64,000 bases of DNA from Auanema rhodensis (taxonomy: Eukaryota > Animalia > Nematoda): the NCBI GenBank assembly GCA_964057225.1, contig OZ059896.1:19902001-19966000 (forward strand). The letters are read 5' to 3'. Of this stretch, positions 40,301 through 55,107 are shown one piece after another (within the stretch, counting starts at the first letter, position 1; every line of letters begins with the position of its first letter). The translations under genes and the position numbers were made by a program. The notes beneath the pieces are model-generated. The model was not told the origin of the DNA. It did not search any database and was given only the letters and a program-made list of their open reading frames with translations.

Positions 40301-43300
40301 ATATCTCGGTGCATTTTTAAGCTAGCGCAAATCTGATAACACAGATCGACGCAGCTTAAAAATGCGCATCGAATGCACTATACTACATTGAGAAACGCTT
40401 GATACAAAAATTAGTTATGATCGTTTGAAAAATGATGCATTAGTGTATGTTGAGTTTCCATGTACACTCAACATTGCTTCCAAAAATATTTTGACAAAAA
40501 TTTTTTCGAAAAATTTCAAAATAATTTAGCAAAAAGTAGATGTTTTTAGATTCCATTTTTCAAGGCAAAGACGATGGACAGTGTTATTCAACGAAAAAAT
40601 TAATTCTTCAGGGTGAAAATCGAGGATATAAGTGTGAACTTATATCAGTTGATATCTCGGTGCATTTTTAAGCTAGCGCAAATCTGATAACACAGATCGA
40701 CGCAGCTTAAAAATCCGCATCGAATGCACTATACTACATTGAGAAACGCTTGATACAAAAATTAGTTATGATCGTTTGAAAAATGATGCATTAGTGTATG
40801 TTGAGTTTCCATGTACACTCAACATTGCTTCCAAAAATATTTTGACAAAAATTTTTTCGAAAAATTTCAAAATAATTTAGCAAAAAGTAGATGTTTTTAG
40901 ATTCCATTTTTCAAGGCAAAGACGATGGACAATGTTATTCAACGGAAAAATTATTTCTTCAGGGTGAAAATCGAGGATATAAGTGTGAACTTATATCAGT
41001 TGATATCTCGGTGCATTTTTAAGCTAGCGCAAATCTGATAACACAGATCGACGCAGCTTAAAAATGCGCATCGAATGCACTATACTACATTGAGAAACGC
41101 TTAATACAAGAATTAGTTATGATCGTTTGAAAAATGATGCATTAGTGTATGTTGAGTTTCCATGTACACTCAACATTGCTTCCAAAAACATTTTGACAAA
41201 AATTTTTTCGAAAAATTTCAAAATAATTTAGCAAAAAGTAGATGTTTTTAGATTCCTTTATTCAAGGCAAAGACGATGGACAATGTTATTCAACGAAAAA
41301 ATTAATTCTTCAGGGTGAAAATCGAGGATATAAGTGTGAACTTATATCAGTTGATATCTCGGTGCATTTTTAAGCTAGCGCAAATCTGATAACACAGATC
41401 GACGCAGCTTAAAAATCCGCATCGAATGCACTATACTACATTGAGAAACGCTTGATACAAAAATTAGTTATGATCGTTTGAAAAATGATGCATTAGTGTA
41501 TGTTGAGTTTCCATGTACACTCAACATTGCTTCCAAAAATATTTTGACAAAAATTTTTTCGAAAAATTTCAAAATAATTTAGCAAAAAGTAGATGTTTTT
41601 AGATTTCATTTTTCAAGGCAAAGACGATGGACAATGTTATTCAATGGAAAAATTATTTCTTCAGGGTGAAAATCGAGGATATAAGTGTGAACTTATATCA
41701 GTTGATATCTCGGTGCATTTTTAAGCTAGCGCAAATCTGATAACACAGATCGACGCAGCTTAAAAATGCGCATCGAATGCACTATACTACATTGAGAAAC
41801 GCTTGATACAAAAATTAGTTATGATCGTTTGAAAAATGATGCATTAGTGTATGTTGAGTTTCCATGTACACTCAACATTGCTTCCAAAAACATTTTGACA
41901 AAAATTTTTTCGAAAAATTTCAAAATAATTTAGCAAAAAGTAGATGTTTTTAGATTCCATTTTTCAAGGCAAAGACGATGGACAATGTTATTCAACGAAA
42001 AAATTAATTCTTCAGGGTGAAAATCGAGGATATAAGTGTGAACTTATATCAGTTGATATCTCGGTGCATTTTTAAGCTAGCGCAAATCTGATAACACAGA
42101 TCGACGCAGCTTAAAAATCCGCATCGAATGCACTATACTACATTGAGAAACGCTTAATACAAAAATTAGTTATGATCGTTTGAAAAATGATGCATTAGTA
42201 TATGTTGAGTTTCCATGTACACTCAACATTGCATCCAAAAACATTTTGACAAAAATTTTTTCGAAAAATTTCAAAATAATTCAGCAAAAAGTAGATGTTT
42301 TTAGATTCCATTTTTCAAGGCAAAGACGATGGACAGTGTTATTCAACGGAAAAATTATTTCTTCAGGGTGAAAATCGAGGATATAAGTGTGAACTTATAT
42401 CAGTTGATATCTCGGTGCATTTTTAAGCTAGCGCAAATCTGATAACACAGATCGACGCAGCTTAAAAATCCGCATCGAATGCACTATACTACATTGAGAA
42501 ACGCTTGATACAAAAATTAGTTATGATCGTTTGAAAAATGATGCATTAGTGTATGTTGAGTTTCCATGTACACTCAACATTGCTTCCAAAAACATTTTGA
42601 CAAAAATTTTTTCGAAAAATTTCAAAATAATTTAGCAAAAAGTAGATGTTTTTAGATTCCATTTTTAGAGGCAAAGACGATGGACAGTGTTATTCAACGA
42701 AAAAATTAATTCTTCAGGGTGAAAATCGAGGATATAAGTGTGAACTTATATCAGTTGATATCTCGGTGCATTTTTAAGCTAGCGCAAATCTGATAACACA
42801 GATCGACGCAGCTTAAAAATCCGCATCGAATGCACTATACTACATTGAGAAACGCTTAATACAAAAATTAGTTATGATCGTTTGAAAAATGATGCATTAG
42901 TATATGTTGAGTTTCCATGTACACTCAACATTGCATCCAAAAACATTTTGACAAAAATTTTTTCGAAAAATTTCAAAATAATTCAGCAAAAAGTAGATGT
43001 TTTTAGATTCCATTTTTCAAGGCAAAGACGATGGACAGTGTTATTCAACGAAAAAATTAATTCTTCAGGGTGAAAATCGAGGATATAAGTGTGAACTTAT
43101 ATCAGTTGATATCTCGGTGCATTTTTAAGCTAGCGCAAATCTGATAACACAGATCGACGCAGCTTAAAAATCCGCATCGAATGCACTATACTACATTGAG
43201 AAACGCTTAATACAAAAATTTGTTATGATTGTTTGAAAAATGATGCATTAGTGTATATTGAGTTTCCATGTACACTCAACATTGCTTCCAAAAACATTTT

Positions 43301-45279
43301 GACAAAAATTTTTTCGAAAAATTTCGAAATAATTTAGCAAAAAGTAGATGTTTTTAGATTCCTTCATTCAAGACAAAGACGATGGACAATGTTATTCAAC
43401 GAAAAAATTAATTCTTTAGGGTGAAAATCGAGGATATAAGTGTGAACTTATATCAGTTGATATCTTGGTGCATTTTTAAGCTAGCGCAAATCTGATAACA
43501 GAGATCGACGCAGCTTAAAAATCCGCATCGAATGCACTATACTACATTGAGAAACGCTTAATACAAGAATTAGTTATGATCGTTTGAAAAATGATGCATT
43601 AGTGTATGTTGAGTTTCCATGTACACTCAACATTGCTTCCAAAAACATTTTGACAAAAATTTTTTCGAAAAATTTCAAAATAATTTAGCAAAAAGTAGAT
43701 GTTTTTAGATTCCTTTATTCAAGGCAAAGACGATGGACAATGTTATTCAACGAAAAAATTAATTCTTCAGGGTGAAAATCGAGGATATAAGTGTGAACTT
43801 ATATCAGTTGATATCTCGGTGCATTTTTAAGCTAGCGCAAATCTGATAACACAGATCGACGCAGCTTAAAAATCCGCATCGAATGCACTATACTACATTG
43901 AGAAACGCTTGATACAAAAATTAGTTATGATCGTTTGAAAAATGATGCATTAGTGTATGTTGAGTTTCCATGTACACTCAACATTGCTTCCAAAAATATT
44001 TTGACAAAAATTTTTTCGAAAAATTTCAAAATAATTTAGCAAAAAGTAGATGTTTTTAGATTCCATTTTTCAAGGCAAAGACGATGGACAATGTTATTCA
44101 ACGGAAAAATTATTTCTTTAGGGTGAAAATCGAGGATATAAGTGTGAACTTATATCAGTTGATATCTCGGTGCATTTTTAAGCTAGCGCAAATCTGATAA
44201 CACAGATCGACGCAGCTTAAAAATGCGCATCGAATGCATTATACTACATTGAGAAACGCTTGATACAAAAATTAGTTATGATCGTTTGAAAAATGATGCA
44301 TTAGTGTATGTTGAGTTTCCATGTACACTCAACATTGCTTCCAAAAACATTTTGACAAAAATTTTTTCGAAAAATTTCAAAATAATTTAGCAAAAAGTAG
44401 ATGTTTTTAGATTCCATTTTTCAAGGCAAAGACGATGGACAATGTTATTCAACGAAAAAATTAATTCTTCAGGGTGAAAATCGAGGATATAAGTGTGAAC
44501 TTATATCAGTTGATATCTCGGTGCATTTTTAAGCTAGCGCAAATCTGATAACACAGATCGACGCAGCTTAAAAATCCGCATCGAATGCACTATACTACAT
44601 TGAGAAACGCTTAATACAAAAATTAGTTATGATCGTTTGAAAAATGATGCATTAGTATATGTTGAGTTTCCATGTACACTCAACATTGCATCCAAAAACA
44701 TTTTGACAAAAATTTTTTCGAAAAATTTCAAAATAATTCAGCAAAAAGTAGATGTTTTTAGATTCCATTTTTCAAGGCAAAGACGATGGACAGTGTTATT
44801 CAACGAAAAAATTAATTCTTCAGGGTGAAAATCGAGGATATAAGTGTGAACTTATATCAGTTGATATCTCGGTGCATTTTTAAGCTAGCGCAAATCTGAT
44901 AACACAGATCGACGCAGCTTAAAAATCCGCATCGAATGCACTATACTACATTGAGAAACGCTTAATACAAAAATTTGTTATGATTGTTTGAAAAATGATG
45001 CATTAGTGTATATTGAGTTTCCATGTACACTCAACATTGCTTCCAAAAACATTTTGACAAAAATTTTTTCGAAAAATTTCGAAATAATTTAGCAAAAAGT
45101 AGATGTTTTTAGATTCCTTTATTCAAGACAAAGACGATGGACAATGTTATTCAACGAAAAAATTAATTCTTTAGGGTGAAAATCGAGGATATAAGTGTGA
45201 ACTTATATCAGTTGATATCTTGGTGCATTTTTAAGCTAGCGCAAATCTGATAACACAGATCGACGCAGCTTAAAAATCC
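34399..45279. repeat. Block duplication with 18-monomer (6318-bp) offset: monomers 99-111 vs 117-129
   Basis: ORF-allele starts 35862/42180, 36564/42882 and 38319/44637 each differ by 6318. TTTTTAGAGG (monomers 104/122), CCTTCATT (106/124) and TACAAGA (100/118, 107/125) match in order. Confidence 0.87.
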
Positions 45280-47736
45280 ACATCGAATGCACTATACTAC
45301 ATTGAGAAACGCTTGATACAAAAATTAGTTATGATCGTTTGAAAAATGATGCATTAGTGTATGTTGAGTTTCCATGTACACTCAACATTGCTTCCAAAAA
45401 CATTTTGACAAAAATTTTTTCGAAAAATTTCAAAATAATTTAGCAAAAAGTAGATGTTTTTAGATTCCATTTTTCAAGGCAAAGACGATGGACAGTGTTA
45501 TTCAACGAAAAAATTAATTCTTCAGGGTGAAAATCGAGGATATAAGTGTGAACTTATATCAGTTGATATCTCGGTGCATTTTTAAGCTAGCGCAAATCTG
45601 ATAACACAGATCGACGCAGCTTAAAAATCCGCATCGAATGCACTATACTACATTGAGAAACGCTTAATACAAAAATTAGTTATGATCGTTTGAAAAATGA
45701 TGCATTAGTGTATGTTGAGTTTCCATGTACACTCAACATTGCTTCCAAAAACATTTTGACAAAAATTTTTTCGAAAAATTTCAAAATAATTTAGCAAAAA
45801 GTAGATGTTTTTAGATTCCATTTTTCAAGGCAAAGACGATGGACAGTGTTATTCAACGAAAAAATTAATTCTTCAGGGTGAAAATCGAGGATATAAGTGT
45901 GAACTTATATCAGTTGATATCTCGGTGCATTTTTAAGCTAGCGCAAATCTGATAACACAGATCGACGCAGCTTAAAAATGCGCATCGAATGCATTATACT
46001 ACATTGAGAAACGCTTGATACAAAAATTAGTTATGATCGTTTGAAAAATGATGCATTAGTGTATGTTGAGTTTCCATGTACACTCAACATTGCTTCCAAA
46101 AACATTTTGACAAAAATTTTTTCGAAAAATTTCAAAATAATTTAGCAAAAAGTAGATGTTTTTAGATTCCATTTTTCAAGGCAAAGACGATGGACAATGT
46201 TATTCAACGAAAAAATTAATTCTTCAGGGTGAAAATCGAGGATATAAGTGTGAACTTATATCAGTTGATATCTCGGTGCATTTTTAAGCTAGCGCAAATC
46301 TGATAACACAGATCGACGCAGCTTAAAAATCCGCATCGAATGCACTATACTACATTGAGAAACGCTTAATACAAAAATTAGTTATGATCGTTTGAAAAAT
46401 GATGCATTAGTATATGTTGAGTTTCCATGTACACTCAACATTGCATCCAAAAACATTTTGACAAAAATTTTTTCGAAAAATTTCAAAATAATTCAGCAAA
46501 AAGTAGATGTTTTTAGATTCCATTTTTCAAGGCAAAGACGATGGACAGTGTTATTCAACGAAAAAATTAATTCTTCAGGGTGAAAATCGAGGATATAAGT
46601 GTGAACTTATATCAGTTGATATCTCGGTGCATTTTTAAGCTAGCGCAAATCTGATAACACAGATCGACGCAGCTTAAAAATCCGCATCGAATGCACTATA
46701 CTACATTGAGAAACGCTTAATACAAAAATTTGTTATGATTGTTTGAAAAATGATGCATTAGTGTATATTGAGTTTCCATGTACACTCAACATTGCTTCCA
46801 AAAACATTTTGACAAAAATTTTTTCGAAAAATTTCGAAATAATTTAGCAAAAAGTAGATGTTTTTAGATTCCTTTATTCAAGACAAAGACGATGGACAAT
46901 GTTATTCAACGAAAAAATTAATTCTTTAGGGTGAAAATCGAGGATATAAGTGTGAACTTATATCAGTTGATATCTTGGTGCATTTTTAAGCTAGCGCAAA
47001 TCTGATAACACAGATCGACGCAGCTTAAAAATCCACATCGAATGCACTATACTACATTGAGAAACGCTTGATACAAAAATTAGTTATGATCGTTTGAAAA
47101 ATGATGCATTAGTGTATGTTGAGTTTCCATGTACACTCAACATTGCTTCCAAAAACATTTTGACAAAAATTTTTTCGAAAAATTTCAAAATAATTTAGCA
47201 AAAAGTAGATGTTTTTAGATTCCATTTTTCAAGGCAAAGACGATGGACAGTGTTATTCAACGAAAAAATTAATTCTTCAGGGTGAAAATCGAGGATATAA
47301 GTGTGAACTTATATCAGTTGATATCTCGGTGCATTTTTAAGCTAGCGCAAATCTGATAACACAGATCGACGCAGCTTAAAAATCCGCATCGAATGCACTA
47401 TACTACATTGAGAAACGCTTAATACAAAAATTAGTTATGATCGTTTGAAAAATGATGCATTAGTGTATGTTGAGTTTCCATGTACACTCAACATTGCTTC
47501 CAAAAACATTTTGACAAAAATTTTTTCGAAAAATTTCAAAATAATTTAGCAAAAAGTAGATGTTTTTAGATTCCATTTTTCAAGGCAAAGACGATGGACA
47601 GTGTTATTCAACGAAAAAATTAATTCTTCAGGGTGAAAATCGAGGATATAAGTGTGAACTTATATCAGTTGATATCTCGGTGCATTTTTAAGCTAGCGCA
47701 AATCTGATAACACAGATCGACGCAGCTTAAAAATCC
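44227..47736. repeat. Tandem 5-monomer (1755-bp) higher-order repeat, 2 copies (monomers 127-131, 132-136)
   Basis: TGCATTATAC occurs only in monomers 127 and 132; ORF allele in 128/133; TTTGTTATGATTG in 129/134; CCACATCG at the start of 130/135. Confidence 0.87.
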
Positions 47737-49491
47737 GCATCGAATGCACTATACTACATTGAGAAACGCTTAATACAAAAATTAGTTATGATCGTTTGAA
47801 AAATGATGCATTAGTGTATGTTGAGTTTCCATGTACACTCAACATTGCTTCCAAAAACATTTTGACAAAAATTTTTTCGAAAAATTTCAAAATAATTTAG
47901 CAAAAAGTAGATGTTTTTAGATTCCATTTTTCAAGGCAAAGACGATGGACAATGTTATTCAACGAAAAAATTAATTCTTCAGGGTGAAAATCGAGGATAT
48001 AAGTGTGAACTTATATCAGTTGATATCTCGGTGCATTTTTAAGCTAGCGCAAATCTGATAACACAGATCGACGCAGCTTAAAAATCCGCATCGAATGCAC
48101 TATACTACATTGAGAAACGCTTAATACAAAAATTAGTTATGATCGTTTGAAAAATGATGCATTAGTATATGTTGAGTTTCCATGTACACTCAACATTGCA
48201 TCCAAAAACATTTTGACAAAAATTTTTTCGAAAAATTTCAAAATAATTCAGCAAAAAGTAGATGTTTTTAGATTCCATTTTTCAAGGCAAAGACGATGGA
48301 CAGTGTTATTCAACGAAAAAATTAATTCTTCAGGGTGAAAATCGAGGATATAAGTGTGAACTTATATCAGTTGATATCTCGGTGCATTTTTAAGCTAGCG
48401 CAAATCTGATAACACAGATCGACGCAGCTTAAAAATCCGCATCGAATGCACTATACTACATTGAGAAACGCTTAATACAAAAATTAGTTATGATCGTTTG
48501 AAAAATGATGCATTAGTATATGTTGAGTTTCCATGTACACTCAACATTGCATCCAAAAACATTTTGACAAAAATTTTTTCGAAAAATTTCAAAATAATTC
48601 AGCAAAAAGTAGATGTTTTTAGATTCCATTTTTCAAGGCAAAGACGATGGACAGTGTTATTCAACGAAAAAATTAATTCTTCAGGGTGAAAATCGAGGAT
48701 ATAAGTGTGAACTTATATCAGTTGATATCTCGGTGCATTTTTAAGCTAGCGCAAATCTGATAACACAGATCGACGCAGCTTAAAAATCCGCATCGAATGC
48801 ACTATACTACATTGAGAAACGCTTAATACAAAAATTTGTTATGATTGTTTGAAAAATGATGCATTAGTGTATATTGAGTTTCCATGTACACTCAACATTG
48901 CTTCCAAAAACATTTTGACAAAAATTTTTTCGAAAAATTTCGAAATAATTTAGCAAAAAGTAGATGTTTTTAGATTCCTTTATTCAAGACAAAGACGATG
49001 GACAATGTTATTCAACGAAAAAATTAATTCTTTAGGGTGAAAATCGAGGATATAAGTGTGAACTTATATCAGTTGATATCTTGGTGCATTTTTAAGCTAG
49101 CGCAAATCTGATAACACAGATCGACGCAGCTTAAAAATCCACATCGAATGCACTATACTACATTGAGAAACGCTTGATACAAAAATTAGTTATGATCGTT
49201 TGAAAAATGATGCATTAGTGTATGTTGAGTTTCCATGTACACTCAACATTGCTTCCAAAAACATTTTGACAAAAATTTTTTCGAAAAATTTCAAAATAAT
49301 TTAGCAAAAAGTAGATGTTTTTAGATTCCATTTTTCAAGGCAAAGACGATGGACAGTGTTATTCAACGAAAAAATTAATTCTTCAGGGTGAAAATCGAGG
49401 ATATAAGTGTGAACTTATATCAGTTGATATCTCGGTGCATTTTTAAGCTAGCGCAAATCTGATAACACAGATCGACGCAGCTTAAAAATCC

Positions 49492-52000
49492 GCATCGAAT
49501 GCACTATACTACATTGAGAAACGCTTAATACAAAAATTAGTTATGATCGTTTGAAAAATGATGCATTAGTGTATGTTGAGTTTCCATGTACACTCAACAT
49601 TGCTTCCAAAAACATTTTGACAAAAATTTTTTCGAAAAATTTCGAAATAATTTAGCAAAAAGTAGATGTTTTTAGATTCCTTTATTCAAGGCAAAGACGA
49701 TGGACAATGTTATTCAACGAAAAAATTAATTCTTTAGGGTGAAAATCGAGGATATAAGTGTGAACTTATATCAGTTGATATCTTGGTGCATTTTTAAGCT
49801 AGCGCAAATCTGATAACACAGATCGACGCAGCTTAAAAATCCGCATCGAATGCACTATACTACATTGAAAAACGCTTAATACAAAAATTAGTTATGATCG
49901 TTTGAAAAATGATGCATTAGTGTATGTTGAGATTCCATGTACACTCAACATTGCTTCCAAAAACATTTTGACAAAAATTTTTTCGAAAAATTTCGAAATA
50001 ATTTAGCAAAAAGTAGATGTTTTTAGATTCCTTTATTCAAGACAAAGACGATGGACAATGTTATTCAACGAAAAAATTAATTCTTTAGGGTGAAAATCGA
50101 GGATATAAGTGTGAACTTATATCAGTTGATATCTTGGTGCATTTTTAAGCTAGCGCAAATCTGATAACACAGATCGACGCAGCCTAAAAATCCACATCGA
50201 ATGCACTATACTACATTGAGAAACGCTTGATACAAAAATTAGTTATGATCGTTTGAAAAATGATGCATTAGTGTATGTTGAGTTTCCATGTACACTCAAC
50301 ATTGCTTCCAAAAACATTTTGACAAAAATTTTTTCGAAAAATTTCAAAATAATTTAGCAAAAAGTAGATGTTTTTAGATTCCATTTTTAGAGGCAAAGAC
50401 GATGGACAGTGTTATTCAACGAAAAAATTAATTCTTCAGGGTGAAAATCGAGGATATAAGTGTGAACTTATATCAGTTGATATCTCGGTGCATTTTTAAG
50501 CTAGCGCAAATCTGATAACACAGATCGACGCAGCTTAAAAATCCGCATCGAATGCACTATACTACATTGAGAAACGCTTAATACAAAAATTAGTTATGAT
50601 CGTTTGAAAAATGATGCATTAGTGTATGTTGAGTTTCCATGTACACTCAACATTGCTTCCAAAAACATTTTGACAAAAATTTTTTCGAAAAATTTCGAAA
50701 TAATTTAGCAAAAAGTAGATGTTTTTAGATTCCTTTATTCAAGGCAAAGACGATGGACAATGTTATTCAACGAAAAAATTAATTCTTTAGGGTGAAAATC
50801 GAGGATATAAGTGTGAACTTATATCAGTTGATATCTTGGTGCATTTTTAAGCTAGCGCAAATCTGATAACACAGATCGACGCAGCTTAAAAATCCGCATC
50901 GAATGCACTATACTACATTGAAAAACGCTTAATACAAAAATTAGTTATGATCGTTTGAAAAATGATGCATTAGTGTATGTTGAGATTCCATGTACACTCA
51001 ACATTGCTTCCAAAAACATTTTGACAAAAATTTTTTCGAAAAATTTCGAAATAATTTAGCAAAAAGTAGATGTTTTTAGATTCCTTTATTCAAGACAAAG
51101 ACGATGGACAATGTTATTCAACGAAAAAATTAATTCTTTAGGGTGAAAATCGAGGATATAAGTGTGAACTTATATCAGTTGATATCTTGGTGCATTTTTA
51201 AGCTAGCGCAAATCTGATAACACAGATCGACGCAGCCTAAAAATCCACATCGAATGCACTATACTACATTGAGAAACGCTTGATACAAAAATTAGTTATG
51301 ATCGTTTGAAAAATGATGCATTAGTGTATGTTGAGTTTCCATGTACACTCAACATTGCTTCCAAAAACATTTTGACAAAAATTTTTTCGAAAAATTTCAA
51401 AATAATTTAGCAAAAAGTAGATGTTTTTAGATTCCATTTTTAGAGGCAAAGACGATGGACAGTGTTATTCAACGAAAAAATTAATTCTTCAGGGTGAAAA
51501 TCGAGGATATAAGTGTGAACTTATATCAGTTGATATCTCGGTGCATTTTTAAGCTAGCGCAAATCTGATAACACAGATCGACGCAGCTTAAAAATCCGCA
51601 TCGAATGCACTATACTACATTGAGAAACGCTTAATACAAAAATTAGTTATGATCGTTTGAAAAATGATGCATTAGTGTATGTTGAGTTTCCATGTACACT
51701 CAACATTGCTTCCAAAAACATTTTGACAAAAATTTTTTCGAAAAATTTCGAAATAATTTAGCAAAAAGTAGATGTTTTTAGATTCCTTTATTCAAGGCAA
51801 AGACGATGGACAATGTTATTCAACGAAAAAATTAATTCTTTAGGGTGAAAATCGAGGATATAAGTGTGAACTTATATCAGTTGATATCTTGGTGCATTTT
51901 TAAGCTAGCGCAAATCTGATAACACAGATCGACGCAGCTTAAAAATCCGCATCGAATGCACTATACTACATTGAAAAACGCTTAATACAAAAATTAGTTA
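49492..52000. repeat. Local 3-monomer (1053-bp) higher-order repeat, ~2.4 copies (monomers 142-149)
   Basis: TTGAAAAACG at ~49865/50918/51971, GAGATTCC at ~49929/50982, GCAGCCTAA at ~50179/51232, TTTTTAGAGG in monomers 144/147. Confidence 0.87.
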
Positions 52001-55000
52001 TGATCGTTTGAAAAATGATGCATTAGTGTATGTTGAGTTTCCATGTACACTCAACATTGCTTCCAAAAACATTTTGACAAAAATTTTTTCGAAAAATTTC
52101 AAAATAATTTAGCAAAAAGTAGATGTTTTTAGATTCCTTTATTCAAGGCAAAGACGATGGACAATGTTATTCAACGAAAAAATTAATTCTTCAGGGTGAA
52201 AATCGAGGATATAAGTGTGAACTTATATCAGTTGATATCTCGGTGCATTTTTAAGCTAGCGCAAATCTGATAACACAGATCGACGCAGCTTAAAAATCCG
52301 CATCGAATGCACTATACTACATTGAGAAACGCTTAATACAAAAATTAGTTATGATCGTTTGAAAAATGATGCATTAGTGTATGTTGAGTTTCCATGTACA
52401 CTCAACATTGCTTCCAAAAACATTTTGACAAAAATTTTTTCGAAAAATTTCAAAATAATTTAGCAAAAAGTAGATGTTTTTAGATTCCATTTTTCAAGGC
52501 AAAGACGATGGACAGTGTTATTCAACGAAAAAATTAATTCTTCAGGGTGAAAATCGAGGATATAAGTGTGAACTTATATCAGTTGATATCTCGGTGCATT
52601 TTTAAGCTAGCGCAAATCTGATAACACAGATCGACGCAGCTTAAAAATCCGCATCGAATGCACTATACTACATTGAGAAACGCTTGATACAAAAATTAGT
52701 TATGATCGTTTGAAAAATGATGCATTAGTGTATGTTGAGTTTCCATGTACACTCAACATTGCTTCCAAAAACATTTTGACAAAAATTTTTTCGAAAAATT
52801 TCAAAATAATTTAGCAAAAAGTATATGTTTTTAGATTCCATTTTTCAAGGCAAAGACGATGGACAATGTTATTCAACGAAAAAATTAATTCTTCAGGGTG
52901 AAAATCGAGGATATAAGTGTGAACTTATATCAGTTGATATCTCGGTGCATTTTTAAGCTAGCCCAAATCTGATAACACAGATCGACGCAGCTTAAAAATC
53001 CGCATCGAATGCACTATACTACATTGAGAAACGCTTGATACAAAAATTAGTTATGATCGTTTGAAAAATGATGCATTAGTGTATGTTGAGTTTCACTGTA
53101 CACTCAACATTGCTTCCAAAAACATTTTGACAAAAATTTTTTCGAAAAATTTCAAAATAATTTAGCAAAAAGTAGATGTTTTTAGATTCCATTTTTCAAG
53201 GCAAAGACGATGGACAATGTTATTCAACGGAAAAATTATTTCTTCAGGGTGAAAATCGAGGATATAAGTGTAAACTTATATCAGTTGATATCTCGGTGCA
53301 TTTTTAAGCTAGCGCAAATCTGATAACACAGATCGACGCAGCTTAAAAATCCGCATCGAATGCACTATACTACATTGAGAAACGCTTGATACAAAAATTA
53401 GTTATGATCGTTTGAAAAATGATGCATTAGTGTATGTTGAGTTTCACTGTACACTCAACATTGCTTCCAAAAACATTTTGACAAAAATTTTTTCGAAAAA
53501 TTTCAAAATAATTTAGCAAAAAGTAGATGTTTTTAGATTCCATTTTTCAAGGCAAAGACGATGGACAATGTTATTCAACGGAAAAATTATTTCTTCAGGG
53601 TGAAAATCGAGGATATAAGTGTAAACTTATATCAGTTGATATCTCGGTGCATTTTTAAGCTAGCCCAAATCTGATAACAGAGATCGACGCAGCTTAAAAA
53701 TCCGCATCGAATGCACTATACTACATTGAGAAACGCTTAATACAAGAATTAGTTATGATCGTTTGAAAAATGATGCATTAGTGTATGTTGAGTTTCCATG
53801 TACACTCAACATTGCTTCCAAAAACATTTTGACAAAAATTTTTTCGAAAAATTTCAAAATAATTTAGCAAAAAGTAGATGTTTTTAGATTCCTTTATTCA
53901 AGGCAAAGACGATGGACAATGTTATTCAACGAAAAAATTAATTCTTCAGGGTGAAAATCGAGGATATAAGTGTGAACTTATATCAGTTGATATCTCGGTG
54001 CATTTTTAAGCTAGCGCAAATCTGATAACACAGATCGACGCAGCTTAAAAATCCGCATCGAATGCACTATACTACATTGAGAAACGCTTGATACAAAAAT
54101 TAGTTATGATCGTTTGAAAAATGATGCATTAGTGTATGTTGAGTTTCACTGTACACTCAACATTGCTTCCAAAAACATTTTGACAAAAATTTTTTCGAAA
54201 AATTTCAAAATAATTTAGCAAAAAGTAGATGTTTTTAGATTCCATTTTTCAAGGCAAAGACGATGGACAATGTTATTCAACGGAAAAATTATTTCTTCAG
54301 GGTGAAAATCGAGGATATAAGTGTAAACTTATATCAGTTGATATCTCGGTGCATTTTTAAGCTAGCGCAAATCTGATAACACAGATCGACGCAGCTTAAA
54401 AATCCGCATCGAATGCACTATACTACATTGAGAAACGCTTGATACAAAAATTAGTTATGATCGTTTGAAAAATGATGCATTAGTGTATGTTGAGTTTCAC
54501 TGTACACTCAACATTGCTTCCAAAAACATTTTGACAAAAATTTTTTCGAAAAATTTCAAAATAATTTAGCAAAAAGTAGATGTTTTTAGATTCCATTTTT
54601 CAAGGCAAAGACGATGGACAATGTTATTCAACGGAAAAATTATTTCTTCAGGGTGAAAATCGAGGATATAAGTGTAAACTTATATCAGTTGATATCTCGG
54701 TGCATTTTTAAGCTAGCGCAAATCTGATAACACAGATCGACGCAGCTTAAAAATCCGCATCGAATGCACTATACTACATTGAGAAACGCTTGATACAAAA
54801 ATTAGTTATGATCGTTTGAAAAATGATGCATTAGTGTATGTTGAGTTTCACTGTACACTCAACATTGCTTCCAAAAACATTTTGACAAAAATTTTTTCGA
54901 AAAATTTCAAAATAATTTAGCAAAAAGTAGATGTTTTTAGATTCCATTTTTCAAGGCAAAGACGATGGACAATGTTATTCAACGGAAAAATTATTTCTTC

Positions 55001-55107
55001 AGGGTGAAAATCGAGGATATATGTGTAAACTTATATCAGTTGATATCTCGGTGCATTTTTAAGCTAGCGCAAATCTGATAACACAGATCGACGCAGCTTA
55101 AAAATCC

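Noticed and set aside
35862-48689. Ten 63-aa ORFs as protein-coding genes
   Set aside because: They are satellite monomers with a single TAG>CAG change, a TTG start, no in-frame ATG and no recognisable domain; the other ~172 monomers have the stop.
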